Origin: the human T2T-CHM13v2.0 reference genome, Homo sapiens
Length of the DNA: 64,000 nucleotides
Strand: one strand, 5' to 3'
Assembly: GCF_009914755.1 (NCBI RefSeq)
Contig: NC_060947.1
The notes below the pieces were generated by a model. That model saw only the letters and a list, made by a program, of their open reading frames with translations. It searched no databases and was not told where the DNA came from. Every line of letters begins with the position of its first letter. The stretch's first letter is position 1. Below, one piece after another: positions 26,319 through 42,834 of this stretch. The position numbers were made by a program, and so were the translations under genes.

Positions 26319-29300
26319 CTTTGTGGTTTTATCTACCTTTGGTCTTTGATGATGGTGACATACAGATGGGGTTTTGGTGTGGATTTCCTTTCTGTTTGTT
26401 AGTTTTCCTTCTAACAGTCAGGACCCTCAGCTGCAGGTCTGTTGGAGTTTGCTGGAGGTCCACTCCAGACCCTGTTTGCCTGGATATCAGCAGCGGAGGC
26501 TGCAGAACAGCAGATATTGGTGAACAGCAAATGTTGCTGCTTGATCGTTCCTCTGGAAGTTTTGTCTCAGAGGAATACCCAGCCATGTGAGTTGTCAGTC
26601 TGCCCCTTACTGGGAGGTGCCTCCCAGTTAGGCTACTCAGGGGTCAGGGACCCACTTGAGGAGGCAGTCTGTCTGTTCTCAGATCTCAAGCTGCATGCTG
26701 GGAGAACCACTACTCTCTTCAATGCTGTCAGACAGGGACATTTAAGTCTGCAGAGGTTTCTGCTGCCTTTTGTTTGGCTATGCCCTGTCCCCAGAGGTGG
26801 AATCTACGGAGGCAGTCAGGCCTCCTTGAGCTGCGGTGACCTCCACCCAGTTTGAGCTTCCTGGCTGCTTTGTTTACCTACTCAAGCCTCAGCAATGGTG
26901 GGCACCCCTCACCCTGCTTTGCTGCTGCCTTGCAGTTTGATCTCAGACTGCTGTGCTAGCAATGAGTGAGGCTCCATGGGCATAGGGCCCTCTGAGCCAT
27001 GCACGGGATATAATCTCCTGGTGTGCCATTTGGTACGAACATTTGAAAAGTGCAGTATTAGGGTGGGAGTGACCCAATTTTCCAGATGCCATCTGTCACC
27101 CCTTTCTTTGACTAGGAAAGGGAATTCCCTGACCTCTTGGGCTTCCTGGTTGAGGCAATGCCTCTTCCTGCTTCAGTAATGCTTCGTGCGCTGCACGCAC
27201 TGTCCTGCACCCACTGTCTGACACTCCCCAGTGAGATGAACCTGGCACTTCAGTTGGAAATGCAGAAACTACTCGTCTTCTGTGTCACTCATGTTGGGAG
27301 CTGTAGACTGGAGTTGTTCCTATTTGGCCATCTTGGCTCCAGCACCTATAGGAATTTTTAAAAACCAAAAGCTAAAAGTAAAAAATAACCAAAATTAGAG
27401 AACTGAATGCAACTGAGATGCAAAAACAAATACAAAAATCAAAGAAATCAAGAGTTGGTTCTTATAAAAAGAAAAAAAAGATCATATACCACTGCCTAGA
27501 GCAACAGAGAAAAAGAAGATTCACATAAGTACAATCAGAAATGACAAAGATGACATTACAACCTGTCACAGAGAAGTACAAAAGATTTTCAGAGAATATT
27601 ATGAAGAACTCTGTGCACACAAATTAAGCAATGTGGAGGAAATGCACAAATTTCTGACAGCACACAATCTTCCAATATTGAATCAGGAAGTTGTAGAGAG
27701 TCTTAATAGACCAATATAGAGCTCTGAAATAGAATCAGGACCAAAAAAACCTACCAATCAAATAAAACCCTGGACCAGATGGATTCACAGCTGAATTCTA
27801 AGAGAAGTACAAACAAATGATGCTAATTGTACTGAAACTATTCCAAAATCTTGAGGAGGAGGGACTCCTCCTTAACTCATTCTATGAAGCCAGCATCAAC
27901 TTAATATCAAGATCAGGGGAAAACACAGTGGAAAAAGAAATCTTCAGGTTAACATCATTGATAAATATAGACATGAAATTTCTAAAAAAAAAAAAAAAAA
28001 GAGTGACAAACTGAATTTAGGAGCACATTAAAGTTAATTCACCATAATCAAGTAGGCCTTATTTTGGGATGGAAGGCTGGTTCAACACATGCAAACCAAT
28101 AAATTCAGTTCACTACATAAATGGAATTAAAACAAAAACCAAATGATTGTCTCAGAAGATGGAGGAGAAGCTTTTGATAAAGTCTAACTTCACCCAATAA
28201 TAAAAAGCCTCAGTAGACTAGGCATTGAAAGAAGATACCTCAAAATAATAAGATTCACCTATGAAAAACCCACAGCGAAAATCATACTTAATGGTCAAAA
28301 GCTGGAACCATTCATTTCCCTTGAAAACTGGAACAAGACACGGATGGCCCCACTCATGATTTCTATTCAACACAGTACTGAAATCCTAGCCAAAGCAATC
28401 AGGCAAGAGGAGAGAAAAGACATCCAAGTAGTAAAAGAAGAAGTCAAAGTATCTCTCTTGCTTGACAATATAATTCTGTATCTGAAAAAGCCCCAAGGCT
28501 CTGTCAAAAGGCTAGTAGAACTGATAAGTGATTTTAGTGAGGTTTTGGGATTTAAAAAATCAGTGTAGAAAAATCAGTAGCACTTCTATACACCAATAAT
28601 GTCTAGGCTGAGAGCTAAATAAAAAACACCATTTTATTTACAATAGCTACAAAGAATAATTAAATACTTACGTATATAGCTAACCAAGAAGGTGAAAGTT
28701 CTCTACGAAGAGAACTACAAAACACTGCTGAAACAAATCAGAGATGACACAAATACATTGAAAAAAATTCCATGTCAATGGATTGGAAGAATAAATATTA
28801 ATAAAATGGCAATACTGACCAAAGCAATTTACAGATTCTGTGCTATTCTTATCAAACTATCAACATCATTCTTTATAGAAGTAGGAAAAAAAAGATTCTA
28901 AAAGTTACAAGGGACAAAAAAGGGCTTGAACAGCCAAAGCCATCCCAAGTAAAAAGAACAAAGTTGGAGGAACCAAACTACCCAACTTCAAACTACACTG
29001 CAAAGCTATTATAACCCAAACAGCATGGTATTAGTACAAAATCAGACACATAGACCAATGGAAGGCAATAGAAACCTCAGAAATAAAACCACACACTAGC
29101 AACCATCTGTTCATTGACAACCTCATAACAACTAGCAGTGAGGAAAAAAAATTGTCAGTAAATAGTTCTGGGATAACTGGTTAGCCACAGGTGGGAGATA
29201 GAAATTGGGCCCTACTTTTTATCATATACAAAAAATTAATTCAAAATGGTTCAAAAATCTAAATGTAAGACCTCAAACTACAAAATTGCTAGAAAACAAC

Positions 29301-29330
29301 CTAGGAAATACCCTTCTTAACACTGGCTTT

Positions 29331-30716
29331 AAAAAAGCACAAAGCTGAGGGTATCACACTACCTGACTTCAAACTATACTACAAGGCTACAGTAACCAAA
29401 ACAGCATGGTACTGGTACTAGAACAGACACATAGACCAATGGAACGAAACAGAGAACTCAGAAATAAGACTGCACACCTACAACCATCTGATCTTGTACA
29501 AACCTGACAAAAACAACCAATGAGGAAACCATTCTCTATTTAATAAATTGTGCTTGAAGAACTAGTCATTGGCAGAAAATTGAAACTGGACCCCTTTTTT
29601 ACACCATATACAAAAATTAACTCAAGATAGATTAAAGCCTTAATTGTAAAACCAAAAACAATAAAAATTCCAGAATAAAATCTAGGTAATACCATTCAAG
29701 TTTTCATGAAAAAAACACCAAAAGCAATTGCAACAAAAGAAAAATTTGACAAATGGGATCTAAATAAATGAAAGAGCTTCTGCACAGCAAAAGAAACTAT
29801 CATCAGCATGAACAGACAACCTACAAAATGGAGAGAATTTTTGCAATCTATGCATCTGACAAAGGTCTAATATCCAGAGTCTAAGAGGAACATAAACAAA
29901 TTTACAAGAAAAAAACAACCCCGTTAAATAGTGGGCTAAGGATATGAGCAGACGCTTCTCAAAGGAAGATGTTCATGTGGCCAACAAACATGAAAAAAAA
30001 GTTCAACATCACAGATCATTAGAGAAATGCCATTCAAAACCACAATGAGATACTACCTCCTGCCAGTCAGAATGGTAGTTATTAAAAAGTCAAGAAACCA
30101 CAGATGCTGGTGAGGCTGCAGGGAAAAAGTAATGCTTTTACACTGCTGGTGACAGTATGAATTATTTCAACCATTATTGAAGACAGATAAGGAAGCAGAA
30201 ATACCATTTGACCCAGCAATCCATTACTGAGTATATACCTAAAGGAATATAAATCATTCTATTATAAAGATACATGCACGTGTATGTTCATTGCAGCACT
30301 ATTCCCAATAGCAAAGACATGGACTCAACCCAAATGTCCATCAATGATAGACTGGATAAAGAACATGTGGTACATATACACCATGGAATACTATGTAGCC
30401 ATAAAAAGTAATGAAATCATGTCCTTTGCAGGGACATGGATGGAGCTGGAAGTTGTTATCCTCAGCAAACTAATCCAGGAACAGAAAACCACACACCACA
30501 TGTTCTCACTTTTAAGTGGGAGCTGAATGATGAGAACACATGAACATATGGGGGGAACAACACACACTGGGGCCTGTTGGGTGTTGGGGAGATGAATTGC
30601 ATCATGAAGAATAGCTAGTGGGTGCTGGGCTTAATACCTAGGTGATGAGTTGATCTGTGCAGCAGACCACCATGGTCATGTATCCTGGAACTTAAAATAA
30701 AAGTTGATGAAAAAAA
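29331..30716 (+). mobile_element. 5'-truncated L1 (about L1PA11-14) nested in the older L1
   Basis: ORF2 sequence restarts upstream ([17 protein letters not shown] occurs again) and has its own 3'UTR and A-tail. The host resumes at 30841. Confidence 0.8.
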
Positions 30717-31880
30717 CTAGAAAAATTTGCAGATTCTATAAAACTGACTAAAAAATAGATGCTATTACACAATATACCCATGTAACAACCTGCACCTGTA
30801 CTCCCTATATTTAAAATAAAAGTTAAAATTAAAAAATAAAATTGGCTTTGACAAAAAATTTTTGCCCAAGCCCCCAAAAGCAATTGCATCAGAAACAGAA
30901 AATAGACAAGTGAGAACTAATTAAAATAAAGAGCTACACAGCAAAGGAAACTATCCACAGAGTAAATAGACAACATAGAGAATGAAAGAAAATATTCACA
31001 AACTATGCATTCCTACAAAGTCCTATTGTCCAGAATCTATAGATGACAAATCAACAAGAAAAAACAAACAACCCCATTAAAAATTGAAATTGACATGAAC
31101 AGACACTTCTCAAAAGAAGACATACAAGCAGCCAAAAACTTATCAAAAAATTCTCAATATCACTAATCATCAGAGAAATGCAAATGAAAACCAAAATGAG
31201 ACACCGTCTCACACCAGTCAAAATGGCCATTAGAAAAAGTTAAAAAGCAACAAGATGTTCATGAAGCTGGATATGAAATGAAATGCTTATACACTGTTTG
31301 TGATAATGTAAATTAGTTCAGCCACTTTGGATAGCAGTTTGGAGATTCCTCAAGAAAATTAAAACAGAATTACCATTTGATCCAGAAATTCCATTACTAA
31401 GTACATACCCAAAGAAAAATAGATCATTATACCAAAAGGACACGTGTACTTGTACCTTCATTGCTACACTATTCACAATAGCAGAGACATGGGATGAACC
31501 TAGGTGTCCATCAGTGGTCAATTGAATAAAGCAAATGTGGTACATATGCACCATGGAATATTATGCATCAGTAACAACAAATGAAATCATGTCATTAGCA
31601 GCAACATGGATGGAGGTGGAAGGCATAAGCAAACTAACACAGGTGCAGGAAACTAAACACTACATGTTCTCATTTATAAGTGAAAGTTACAGATAAAGCA
31701 CACATGTACATAAACATGGGAAAAATAGACATTGTATTCTACTAGAAGTGGGATAGAGGAAAGGGGATGTGGGTTGAAAAACTACCTATTGTGTACTATG
31801 CTCACTACCTGAGTACAATATACCCTATGTCACAAACCTTTATGTGTAGCCCCTGTATCCTACATAAAAGTTAAAATTAT

Positions 31881-32923
31881 TTTTTAAAATGAAATAAAAA
31901 AATCTAAGCATTAACATAAAAATTATGGAAAAAAGAGGAAACCAACAAAAAACAAGCAAAAAAAAAGAAAATTACATAAATTACTCCAAAAAAATATTAA
32001 ATAGAGATCATAGAAACATTGAAATTGATTGAACTTAAAGTAGGCTCTTTGAAAATATCTACAAAATTGACAATACTTTAGCTAGACTAAGAAGAAAAAT
32101 AAAGAAATTATAAAAGTTAGAAATCAAAGGAGATATTACCATGGGCCCTTTGGAAATTAAAAGTGTGAGGGAATAAATACTATGGGCAACTTTATGCCAA
32201 TAAACTAAACAACTTTGAAAATAGGCTAACTTCTACAAAATTACTACTGTACCCCAAATGACTCAGGAATTAATATAAAATAATATTATAAATAATAATA
32301 ATATTATTATTATTATAAATAACAGAGATAAAAAAGACATTTTCCTAGATATTAAAAATCTCAGCCCAAAGAAAAGTCAAAGACTATATGTTTTCACTGG
32401 TGACTTTTATGAAATATGTAAAGAAACAATTCCATTACTCAACAAACTTTTTTCAAAAATACATGAGTACAGAATATTTCTCAACTCTTTTTATGAGGCC
32501 AATATCATCCTGACACCAAAGCCAGACTAAGGCATGTCAAAGGAGAACTACACTTCAATATCCTTCATTAATAGAGATGACAATCTTTAACAAAATACAA
32601 CAGTGTGTAAAGAAAATAACACATCAGTATATAAAGGGATTTAAATAGTATATACAGAAAATAATACATCATTGTCAAGTTATATTAATTATAGTAATGC
32701 ATGGTTGCATTAATTGCCTCAAATTTAATTAATAAAACATGACACCTTAATACTACACAGCAAAAATATTAAATGAGCATCTTAATAGATGCAGAGAAGA
32801 CATAAGACAAAATACAGTACCCATTCATTATAAAATCTCTTAGCAAGCTTGGAATATCAGGAAAGACTCTCTACTTGATAAAAGACATTAGTAAACAACA
32901 CATGAAGTATTATATTAAATGGT
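31881..32923 (+). mobile_element. Old L1M ORF2 fragment
   Basis: Degenerate ORF2 motifs (caactctttttatgaggccaatatcatcctgacaccaaagccagac; atagatgcagagaagacataagacaaaat). Confidence 0.75.
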
Positions 32924-32941
32924 TGTCTTAGTCCATTTTCT

Positions 32942-35153
<2,212 letters not shown>

Positions 35154-36835
35154 TGTCTTAGTCCATTTTCTATGCTATAACTGAATACCTATGACTTGGT
35201 AATTTATAAAGAAAATAAGTTCATTTAGCTTATGGTTCTGGAGGCTGGGAACTCCAAGAGCCATGGTGTTGATATCTGGTGAGGGCCTTCCAGCTGTGTT
35301 GTGATATGGTGAAAGGCACCACATGGAAAGAGAGCAAGAATGTCCATGTCAGTTCAGTTTCTCTTTCTGTTCTCACAAAGGCACCAGTTCCATCATGAAG
35401 GCCTCACCCTGACAACTGTATTTAATACTAATTACTTCCCAAAGGATCTACCTCCAATCAATATATGAATTTGAGGGTTAAGTTTCCATCACAGGATATT
35501 TGTGACATATTTCAGCCATTGCGTTCTAACCCACCCCTCAATATTTATGTCCTTCTCACATGCAAAATACACTCATTCTACATCAATAGCCCCAAAGTCT
35601 TAACTCTTTCTAGCACCAACTCAAAAGTCCTAAGCTCAGAGTCTCATCTGAATCAGATATGAATGAGACTCAATTCACAATTCATCTTGAGGCAAATTTC
35701 TTCCAGCTGTTAGCCTGTGAAATTAAACAAGTTATCTATTTCAAAAATAAAATGGTTGGACAGACATATGACAGATATTCCTATTCCAAAAAGGAAAATG
35801 GGCAAAGTGAAAATAATTACGAGTCTCAAGTAAGTCCAAACCCCAACAGGAAAAAACACATTCAGTCTTAAAGCCAAAGAATAATCTCCTTTGACTGCAC
35901 ACATACATCCTGTGCACACTGGTGTGGGTGTTGTGACCTCAAGGCCTTAAGGAAGCCCCACACACACCACATTGCTGGACTCACCCCACAATTAAGCCTT
36001 CCTGAGTTGGCTTTGCACATTAATAGCTCCGTAATTCTGGGATCTTTGTGGTGGTGCTGCTCCCAAGACTCCATTAGGCATTATGCTAGTGGGGACTCCC
36101 TGCAATGGCCTTGCTCCCATGGATCCCCTAGGCATTGCCTTGGTGAAGGCTCTCTTTGGTGTCTTTTCTTTTGTGACATCTCTTCCTTGCTCCTCAGGCT
36201 GTCTGTGACATCCTTTGAAATCAAAATGAAGAAATCCATCCTCCGACAGTTTTTGCATTCTGCATATCTTCAGTATTAGCACCACATAGATGCTGCCAAA
36301 GTTTATGACTTGCACCTTTCAGAGTAGCAGGCCAAACCACCTGAGGCCATTTGAGCCATAGCTGGGGTGGCTGAACACTGCTGCATTTCTGAAATGCTGG
36401 GAGCAGACACCTGAGACAATTAAAGCAGGGACCCATCCCCTAAATAAATTCTGCCCTCCTAGAGCTCTGGGCCTGTGATGGGAGGGGCCACATCAAATAT
36501 CTCTGAAATATCTTAGGGTTTTCTCCCACTATTCTGATGAATAGCCCCTGGCTTTTTTCTATCCATACTAATCTTATCAATAGTTCACTTGGTCACACTC
36601 TTGGTTTCCTCTACTAAAAATGCTCTTTCATTCTCCACCATATGACTAGGCTGCAAATTTTCTAATTCTTTCTACTATGCTTTCTTTTAAAATTATAAAT
36701 TCTGTTTTTATATTATCTTTTTCCTCTCTTATTTTATATAAGCAGTTAAAAGTAGCCATACAGCAGACTGAATGCTTTGCTACTTAGATATTTCTTTCAC
36801 CAGATATGCTAGCTTCACTCTTTTTTCTGCCTTCT
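35154..36835 (-). mobile_element. MaLR element (MSTC/MSTD- or MLT1A-like): 3' LTR 35154-35523 plus internal region
   Basis: TGTCTTAGTCCATTTT...GGTAATTTATAAAGAAAA...GGTTCTGGAGGCTGGGAA.TCCAAG is a reverse MaLR LTR. It is followed by MaLR-internal sequence (ATGTCCTTCTCACATGCAAAATAC...CCCCAAAGTCTTAACTC). Confidence 0.85.
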
Positions 36836-38194
36836 ATAAAGAAATCAGAGATGACACAAGCAAATGGAAAAATTTCATGCTCATGGATAGGAAGAATCAA
36901 TATTAAAATGGCCAAACTGCCCAATGCTATTTACAGATTCAATGCTATCCCTAACAAACTATAAGTGACATTCTTCACAGAACTAGAAAAAAACTATTTT
37001 AAAATTCATATGGAACCCAAAATGCTCAAGTAGCCAAGGCAATCTTAAGCAAATAGAACAAAGCTGGAAGTATCACATTACCTAACTTCAAACTATACTA
37101 GGGGGCTACACTAGCCAAAACAGCATGGTACTGGAACAGAAACAGACACATAGACCAATGAAACAGAACAGAGAGCCAAAAAATAAGACCACACCTGCAA
37201 CCACCTGATCTTTGACAAAGGTGACAAAAAGAAGCAATGGGGAAATGACTCTCTATTCAATAAATGGTGCTGGGATGACTGGTTAGCCATATGCAGAAAA
37301 TTGAAACTTGGCCCCTTCCTTACACCATATACAAAATTAAACTCAAGATGGATAAAAGACTTACATGTAAAATCCAAAAGGATAAAAACTTTGGGATGCA
37401 ACCTAGGCAATACTATTCTGGACATAGGCGCTAGCAAATATTTCATGACTAAGACACCAATTGCACCAAAAGCAGAAAAATGGGATCTATTTTAAGTAAA
37501 GGGCTTCTTCAGAGAAGAGTATCAGTAGAGTAAAGAGACAACATACAGAATCAGATAAAACATTTGCAAACTATGCATCTGACAAAGTTCTAATATTCAG
37601 CATCCATAAGAAACAAATATGTTTACAAGAAAAAAAACACAGAACCCCATTAAAAAATGGTCAAAAGCCATGAACAGTTTTCAAAAAGGACATACATGTG
37701 ACCAACAAGCATGTGAAAAAAAAGTTCAATATCACTAATCATTAAAGAAACAAATATCAAAACCACAATGAGATGCCATCTCACACTAGTCAGAATGGCT
37801 ATTTTTTGTGTGTACCACTGGAAGGCCAGTTAATGTAATTTTACTTATTTATTTTTAATCTCAATAGTTTTGGGGAAACAGGTGGTGTTTGGATACAAGA
37901 ATAACTTATTTACTGGCGATTTCTGAGATTTTGGTGCACCCATCACCCGAGTAGTGAACATTGTACCCAATGTGTAGTCTTTTATCCTTCACCCCCTCCC
38001 ACCCTTTTCCCTGAGTCCCCAAAGACCATTGTATCATTCTTATGGCTTTGTGTCCTCATAGCTTAACTCCCACTTATGAATGAGAACAATGTTTGGTTCT
38101 CCATTCCTGAGCTACTTCACTGAGAATAATGGTCTCCAAATTGCTGCTAATGCCATTATTTCATTCTTTTTATGGCTGAGTAGTATTCCACGGC

Positions 38195-38262
38195 ATATAT
38201 ATATATGCACACACACACACATATATACATATATATACACACACATATATACATATATATAC
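38195..38262. repeat. (TA/CA)n microsatellite inside L1PB
   Basis: Mixed TA and CA dinucleotide run. Confidence 0.85.
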
Positions 38263-39235
38263 CACATTTTCTTTATTTACTCATTGATTGATGGGCATTT
38301 GGATTGGTTCCATATTTTTACAATTTAGAAATGTGCTGCAATAAACATGCATGTGAAAATATCTTTTTTGAAAAGTGACTTCTTTTCCTCTGGATAGATA
38401 CCCAGGAGTGGGATTGCTGGATCAAATGGTACATCTACTTTTAATTCTTTAAGGAAACTTCACACTGTTTTCCACAGCGGTTTTACTAGTTTACATTCCC
38501 ACCAGCAGTGTAAAAGTGTTCCCTTTACATGACATCCATGTCAACATCTAATTTTTTTTTAATATGCCCATTCTTGTAGGAATTAGGTGGTATGGCATTA
38601 TGGTTTTGATTTGCATTTCCCTGATAATCAGTGATGTTGAGCATTTTTTGAATATGTTTGTTGGCCATTTGTATATCCTCTTTTGAGAATTGTCTATTTA
38701 TGTCCTTAGCACACTTTTTGATGAAATAATTTTTTTTCTTGCTGATTTGTTTGAATTCCTTATAGATTCTGGATGTTCATCCTTTGTCAGATGCATAGTT
38801 TGCAAAGATTTTCTCCACTCTGGGGGTTGTCTGTGTACTTTACTGATTATTTCTTTAGCTGTGCAGAAGATTTTTAGTTTAATTAAGTCCCATATATTTA
38901 TGTTTGCGTTGCAATTGCTTTGGTGTACTTGGTCATGAAGTCTTTGCCTAACCCAATGTCTAGAAGAGTTTTTTCAATGTTATCTTCTAGAATTTTTATG
39001 GTTTTAGGTCTTACATTTAAGTCTTTGATCCATCTTGAGTTGATTTTTTTTATAAGGTGACAGAGGAGGATCCAGTTTTATTTTTCTACATGAGGGTTGC
39101 CAATTATACCGCACCATTTGTCGAATAGGGTGTCCTTTCTCACTTTATGTTTTTGTTTTTGTTTGCTTTGTCAAAGATCTGTTGGCTGTATATATTTGTA
39201 TATATTTGGCTATATTTCTGGGTTTTCTATTTTAG

Positions 39236-39556
<321 letters not shown>

Positions 39557-39927
39557 GCATCTGCCTATTTTTCTAGCAGTACCATGCTGTTTTGGTGACT
39601 ACAGACTTGTACTATAATTTGAATCATAATGTGATGCCTCCAGATTTTTTTTTCTTTGTCTTGCTTTGGCTAGTTTTGGTTCCATATGAATTTTAGGACT
39701 GAGTTTTCTAGTTCTGTGAAGAATGATGGTCGTATTTTGATGGGAGTTGAATTGAAATTGTAGACTGCTTTTGGAAGTATGGTTATTTTCACAATATTGA
39801 TTCCTCCCATCCATGAGCATGGGATGTGTTTTCATTTGTTTGCATTCTCTATGATTTCTTTCAGCAGGGTTTTAGAGTTTTCCTTGTAGAGATCTTTCAC
39901 TTCCTGGGTTAGGTATATTTCTAAGTA

Positions 39928-39958
<31 letters not shown>

Positions 39959-41760
39959 GCAGCTATTGTAAAATGGATTGAGTTCTTGATTTTATTCTCA
40001 GCTTGGTAGCTGTTGCTGTATAGCAGTACTACTGATTTGTGTACATTAATTTTGCATCCAGAAATTTTGCTAAATTCATTTATCAGTTCTTGGAGTTTTT
40101 TGGATGAGTCTTCGGGTTTTCTAGGTATATGATCATATCATCAGCAAACAGTGACAGGTTGACTTCCTCTTTACTGATTTGGATGCCCTTTATTTCTTTC
40201 TCTTGTCTGACTGCTCTGGCTAGGATTTCCAGTACTCTGTTGAATAGAAGTGGTGAAAGTGGGTATCCTTGTCTTGATCCAATTCTCAGGGGGAATGCTT
40301 TCAACTTTTCCTTGTTCAGTATAATGTTGGCTGTGGGTTTGTCATAGATGGGTTATATTACCTTTAAGTATGTCCCTTCTATGCTGATTTTGCCGAGCGT
40401 TTTAATTATAAACAGATGCTGAATTTTGTCAAATTTTTTTTAATCTATTGAGATGATCATGTGATTTTTGTTTGTAATTCTGTTTATATGGTTTATCACA
40501 TTTATTGACTTGTGTATGTTAAACCATCCCTGCATCCCTGTTATGAAACCAACTTGATCATGGTGGATTATCTTTTTGATATGCTGTTGGATTTGGTTAG
40601 CTATATTTTGTTGAGAATGTTTGCATCTATGTTCATCATGGATATTGATCTGTAGTTTTCTTTTTCTGTTATGTCTTTTCCTGGTTTTGGTATTAGGGTG
40701 ACACTGGCTTCATAGAATGATTTAGGAAGAAATTCCTCTTTATCTTTTGGAATAGTGTCAATAGAATTGGTACCAATTCTTCTTTGAATGTCTGATAGAA
40801 TTCAGCTGTGAATCTGTCTGGTCCTGGACTTTTTTGTTGGCATTTTTTTTTATTACCATTTCAATCCCACTGCTTGTTGTTGGTCTGTTCAGAGATTCTA
40901 TTTCTTCCTGGTTTAATCTAGGAGGGTTGTGTATTACCAGGATTTATCCATATCTTCTATATTTTCTAGTTTGTATGCATAAAGGTGTTCATGTGGTATC
41001 AGTTGTAATATTTCCATTTTCACTTCTAATTGAGCTTATTTGGGTCTTTTCTCTTCTTTTCTTGGTTAATCTCACTAATGATCTATCAATTTCATTTATC
41101 TTTCCAAGGAACCAGCTTTTTTAAATTTATTTTTTGTATTTTTTAAATTCCAGTTTCATTTAGTTCTGCTCTGATCTTTGTTATTTCTTTCCTTCTGCTG
41201 GGTTTGGGTTTGATTTGTTCCTGTTTATCTAGTTCCTTGAGTGGTATCTTAGATTGCCTATGTGTGCTCTTTCATAATTTTTAATGTAGGCATTTAAGGC
41301 TATGAACTTTCCTCTTTGCATAACCTTTGCTGTATCCCAGAGCTTTTGATTGGTTGTGTCACTATTATCATTCAGTTCTAAGAATTTTTTAAATTTCCAT
41401 CTTGATTTCATTATTAACCCAATGATCATTCAGGAGCAGGTTATTTAATTTTCATGTTTTTGCATGGTTTTGAGTGTTCCTTTGGAGTTGATTTCCAGTT
41501 TTATTCCACTGATGTCTGAAAGAGTACTTGGTATAGTTTTAATTTTAATTTTCTTAAATGTATTGAGACTTATTTTGTGGCCCACAATATGGTCTATCTT
41601 AGAGAATGTTCCATGTGCTGCTGAATAGAATGTATATTCTACAGTTGTTGAGTGTAATGTTCTGTAAATATCTGTTAAGTCTATTTGTTCTAGGGTATAG
41701 TTTAAATCCATTGTTTCTTTGTTGATTTTCTGTCTTGATGAGCTATCTAGTGCTGTCAGT

Positions 41761-41793
41761 GGCCATACCACCCTGAACACACTCGATCTCATC
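41761..41793 (+). pseudogene. 5S rRNA 5' fragment (nt 7-39), non-functional
   Basis: GGCCATACCACCCTGAACACACTCGATCTCATC versus recalled human 5S GGCCATACCACCCTGAACGCGCCCGATCTCGTC: 29/33 identical, and 3 of the 4 differences are CpG>CpA. Confidence 0.88.
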
Positions 41794-41922
41794 AGAATGG
41801 CTATTAATAAAAAGTCAAAAAAAAAAAAAACAGATTCTAGTGAGTTTGCAGAGAAACAGAAATGTGTATACACTCTTAGTGGGAGTGTAAATTAGTTCAG
41901 CCATTGTAGAAGCAGCATGGCA

Positions 41923-42331
41923 CGTATACACCATGGAATACTATGCAGCCATAAAAAAGGATGAGTTCATGTCCTTTGTAGGGACATGGATGAAGCTGGA
42001 AACCATCATTCTCAGCAAACTATCACAGGGACAGAAAACCAAACACTGCATGCTCTCACTCATAGGTGGGAATTGAACAATGAGAACACTTGGACACAGG
42101 AAGGGGAACATCACACACTTGGGCCTGTCATGGGGTGGTGGGAGGGGGGAGGGATAGCATTAGGAGATATACCTAATGTAAATGACGAGTTAATGGGTGC
42201 AGTACACCAACATGGCACATGTATACATATGTAACAAACCTGCACGTTGTGCACATGTACCCTAGAACTTAAAGTATAATTTAAAAATGCATAAGATAAA
42301 AAAATTGAAAAAGAAATAAAATAAAATAAAA
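41923..42331 (+). mobile_element. Short L1PA 3'-end insertion
   Basis: L1PA 3'UTR and A-rich tail. TSD approximately AGAA(A)GYAGCATGGCA at 41908-41922 and 42332-42347. Confidence 0.88.
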
Positions 42332-42834
42332 AGAAAGTAGCATGGCAATTTCTCAAAGAGCTAAAACCAGAACTATTATTTGTCATTGCAGCACTATTCA
42401 CAATAGTAAAGACATGGAATCAACTTAAATGCCCATCTATTGTAGACCAGATAAAGAAAACGCGTTACATATACACCATGAAATACTATGCAGCCATAAA
42501 AAGAATGAAATAATTTCCTTTGCAGGAAGAGGAATGGAACTGGAGGCCATGATTTTTAGCAAAGTAATCCAGAAACAGAAAAGCAAATACCATGTGATCC
42601 CAATTATAAGTGGGAGGCAAATAATGAGAATGCAATAACCCAAAGAGGGGAGCAACAGATACTAGGGTCTCCTTGAAGGAGGAGGGAGAGAATTAGGAAA
42701 AATAAACATTGAGTACTAGACTTGGTACTTGGGTGATAATCCTTATAAGAAACACCCATGACATGAACTTACCTATATAGGAAACCAGTTCATGTACTTC
42801 TAAACCTAAAATTAAAAATTAAAAAATAAGAAAG

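Noticed and set aside
41761-41793. Functional 5S rRNA gene
   Set aside because: Only 33 of about 120 nt are present; the internal promoter (A and C boxes) and terminator are missing.
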